DNA from: Octopus vulgaris
Lineage: Eukaryota
Direction: 5' to 3'
DNA: 64,000 nucleotides
NCBI GenBank assembly: GCA_951406725.2
Contig: OX597815.1
Span: 79,422,001 to 79,486,000 of the forward strand
The position numbers and the translations under genes are program-made. This document shows positions 62,381 through 64,000 of this stretch, one piece after another; position 1 is the first letter of the stretch; each line of letters starts with the position of its first letter. The notes below the pieces were generated by a model that was not told the origin of the DNA, did not search any database, and saw only the letters and a list, made by a program, of their open reading frames with translations.

Positions 62381-64000
62381 AATGTATGTATACATATATG
62401 TATATATTTTTTTAATATACATACATATGCATATATGTATGTGTTGGTTTTTCCAAAAGGGAGAAGTATTCAATGTTATAACAGTGCTTTAGTTTATTTA
62501 GGCTGATCCATAGCCTGGTTACTCTGGAGTTACTCCAGTGTTGTCAGTTCCTAGTCCAGTCTATTTCTGTCTAAAGAACAGGCAGTAAATCAAGGAAACT
62601 TCAGAATGACAGGCTACTGGTTCACCCTAATATAGAAACTAACATACATACAAACAGACAAACCACACACACACACACATGTTATGAAATTTGTTTGTTT
62701 TGACTGAGACTTCAGATTTTGCCCAATGGCCTATGTAAGTAGATTGGTTGAATAAACTATCAGGCAAAATCTTTTAGTCCCAGTCAAAACAAATTTTATA
62801 AATTTGTCTCTACTTTCACTTTCGAACATCTCTATCAGTAAACATTCTGTTGTTATTCTTAAACTTGCTTTAAGATAATAATCTTAACCCCTAACACACA
62901 CATGCACACATACACTCACACATGCATACATAATATACATACTGTTATATCATATTCATACATATCTACATAATTATGCTATATACACACATGCATAGAT
63001 ATAAACACATAAATGCATAATAAATACATACATACATGTCAATAGAAAGAGGATGTCTATGGATCAATAGAATAAGTACCAGACATTAAAAAGATGAGTC
63101 CTAGGGTTGATTTATTTGACTAAAACCCTTCAAGATGGTGCCCATTATCATTGGACTATCAGGTTATATACTAATCCATCTGGAGCAAACTATGGCTGAA
63201 CTTGGAATATTGGGGAGAGAATGCAAATTCTTACTTCATACACTACAAATCAAATGATCACACTATATGGGACTATAAGAATCTGCAAGACCTTCTTAAG
63301 ATTTAAAGGACGGTGGTTAAATTAGGATACTTTCCTTCACAGCGTTGCTACGAAGTCAGTGGCCTATCAAAATTTTTTTCTGAATTAAAAAGAGAAAGTG
63401 AAGATATATAGAACACAGTCAGCTCATGTTACTATTAATTTCAGAATCACTAAAGGCACAAGAATTCATCAGACAAGGCTGACTTTACACCGGAATCACT
63501 CAATGATAGCAGAATTAAAGTAGCCCCTACTTTGTGTGATGAGCATTCTCAAAAACAAAAATATAAATATTATATTTTTAATGCGATTTCAGCACACAAT
63601 CTCAGATCAAAACACTTGCTATGCAAGTACATGTATAATTCTAAACTTAACTTTAAATTTGATGAAAGGTGGATTACTTGTGAAAAACTCTCAAAATGAT
63701 TCATGTCTCTTGATACTTGACCTATTGAATTATAATTACATATGATTTCAGAGGCAATGTATAAGATGAAATACAGTTTTAGAGATTGATAATAGTCTCA
63801 TCTCAGAAAGCAGGGTGAGGTGAAAAGTAAGAAAAGAAAAAAAAAAACATGAGAGAGAAAAAGAATTAGAGGTATGAAGGCAAGTAAAAAAAAGAGAAAT
63901 ACTTTTTTTAAACCATTCAATGGAAGTTCTGCATTTCAGCTCTTGTCACCCAGATCTCAATGAATACTCTGTCTTATTTAGGGTGGCTTTGACCAATGTT

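Overview
AT-rich, repeat-dense eukaryotic DNA with no recognisable host protein-coding exon. The repeat families (tRNA-headed and Meta/Deu-Nin-like SINEs with (GAT)n/(ATT)n tails, RTE LINEs, TTAA MITEs, (TA)n/(CATA)n microsatellites) strongly suggest an Octopus (coleoid cephalopod) genome; this is inferred by recognition, not from a search. The only real protein-like sequences come from transposons: a Helitron with both termini and a frameshifted PIF1 helicase (11063-14429, -), decayed RTE LINEs, and a Tc1 transposase N-terminus. CpG is depleted over most of the window but retained in two blocks (~45.9-47.8 kb and ~57.8-61.9 kb). This suggests long methylated introns of a large, probably minus-strand gene, plus unmethylated promoter-like regions. 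The most notable signal is a near-canonical type I hammerhead ribozyme (22107-22217) in a ~260 bp (TA)n-flanked retrozyme/Penelope-like unit. A second, decayed minimal hammerhead lies in the adjacent unit. Most short ORFs in the track are artefacts of repeats.
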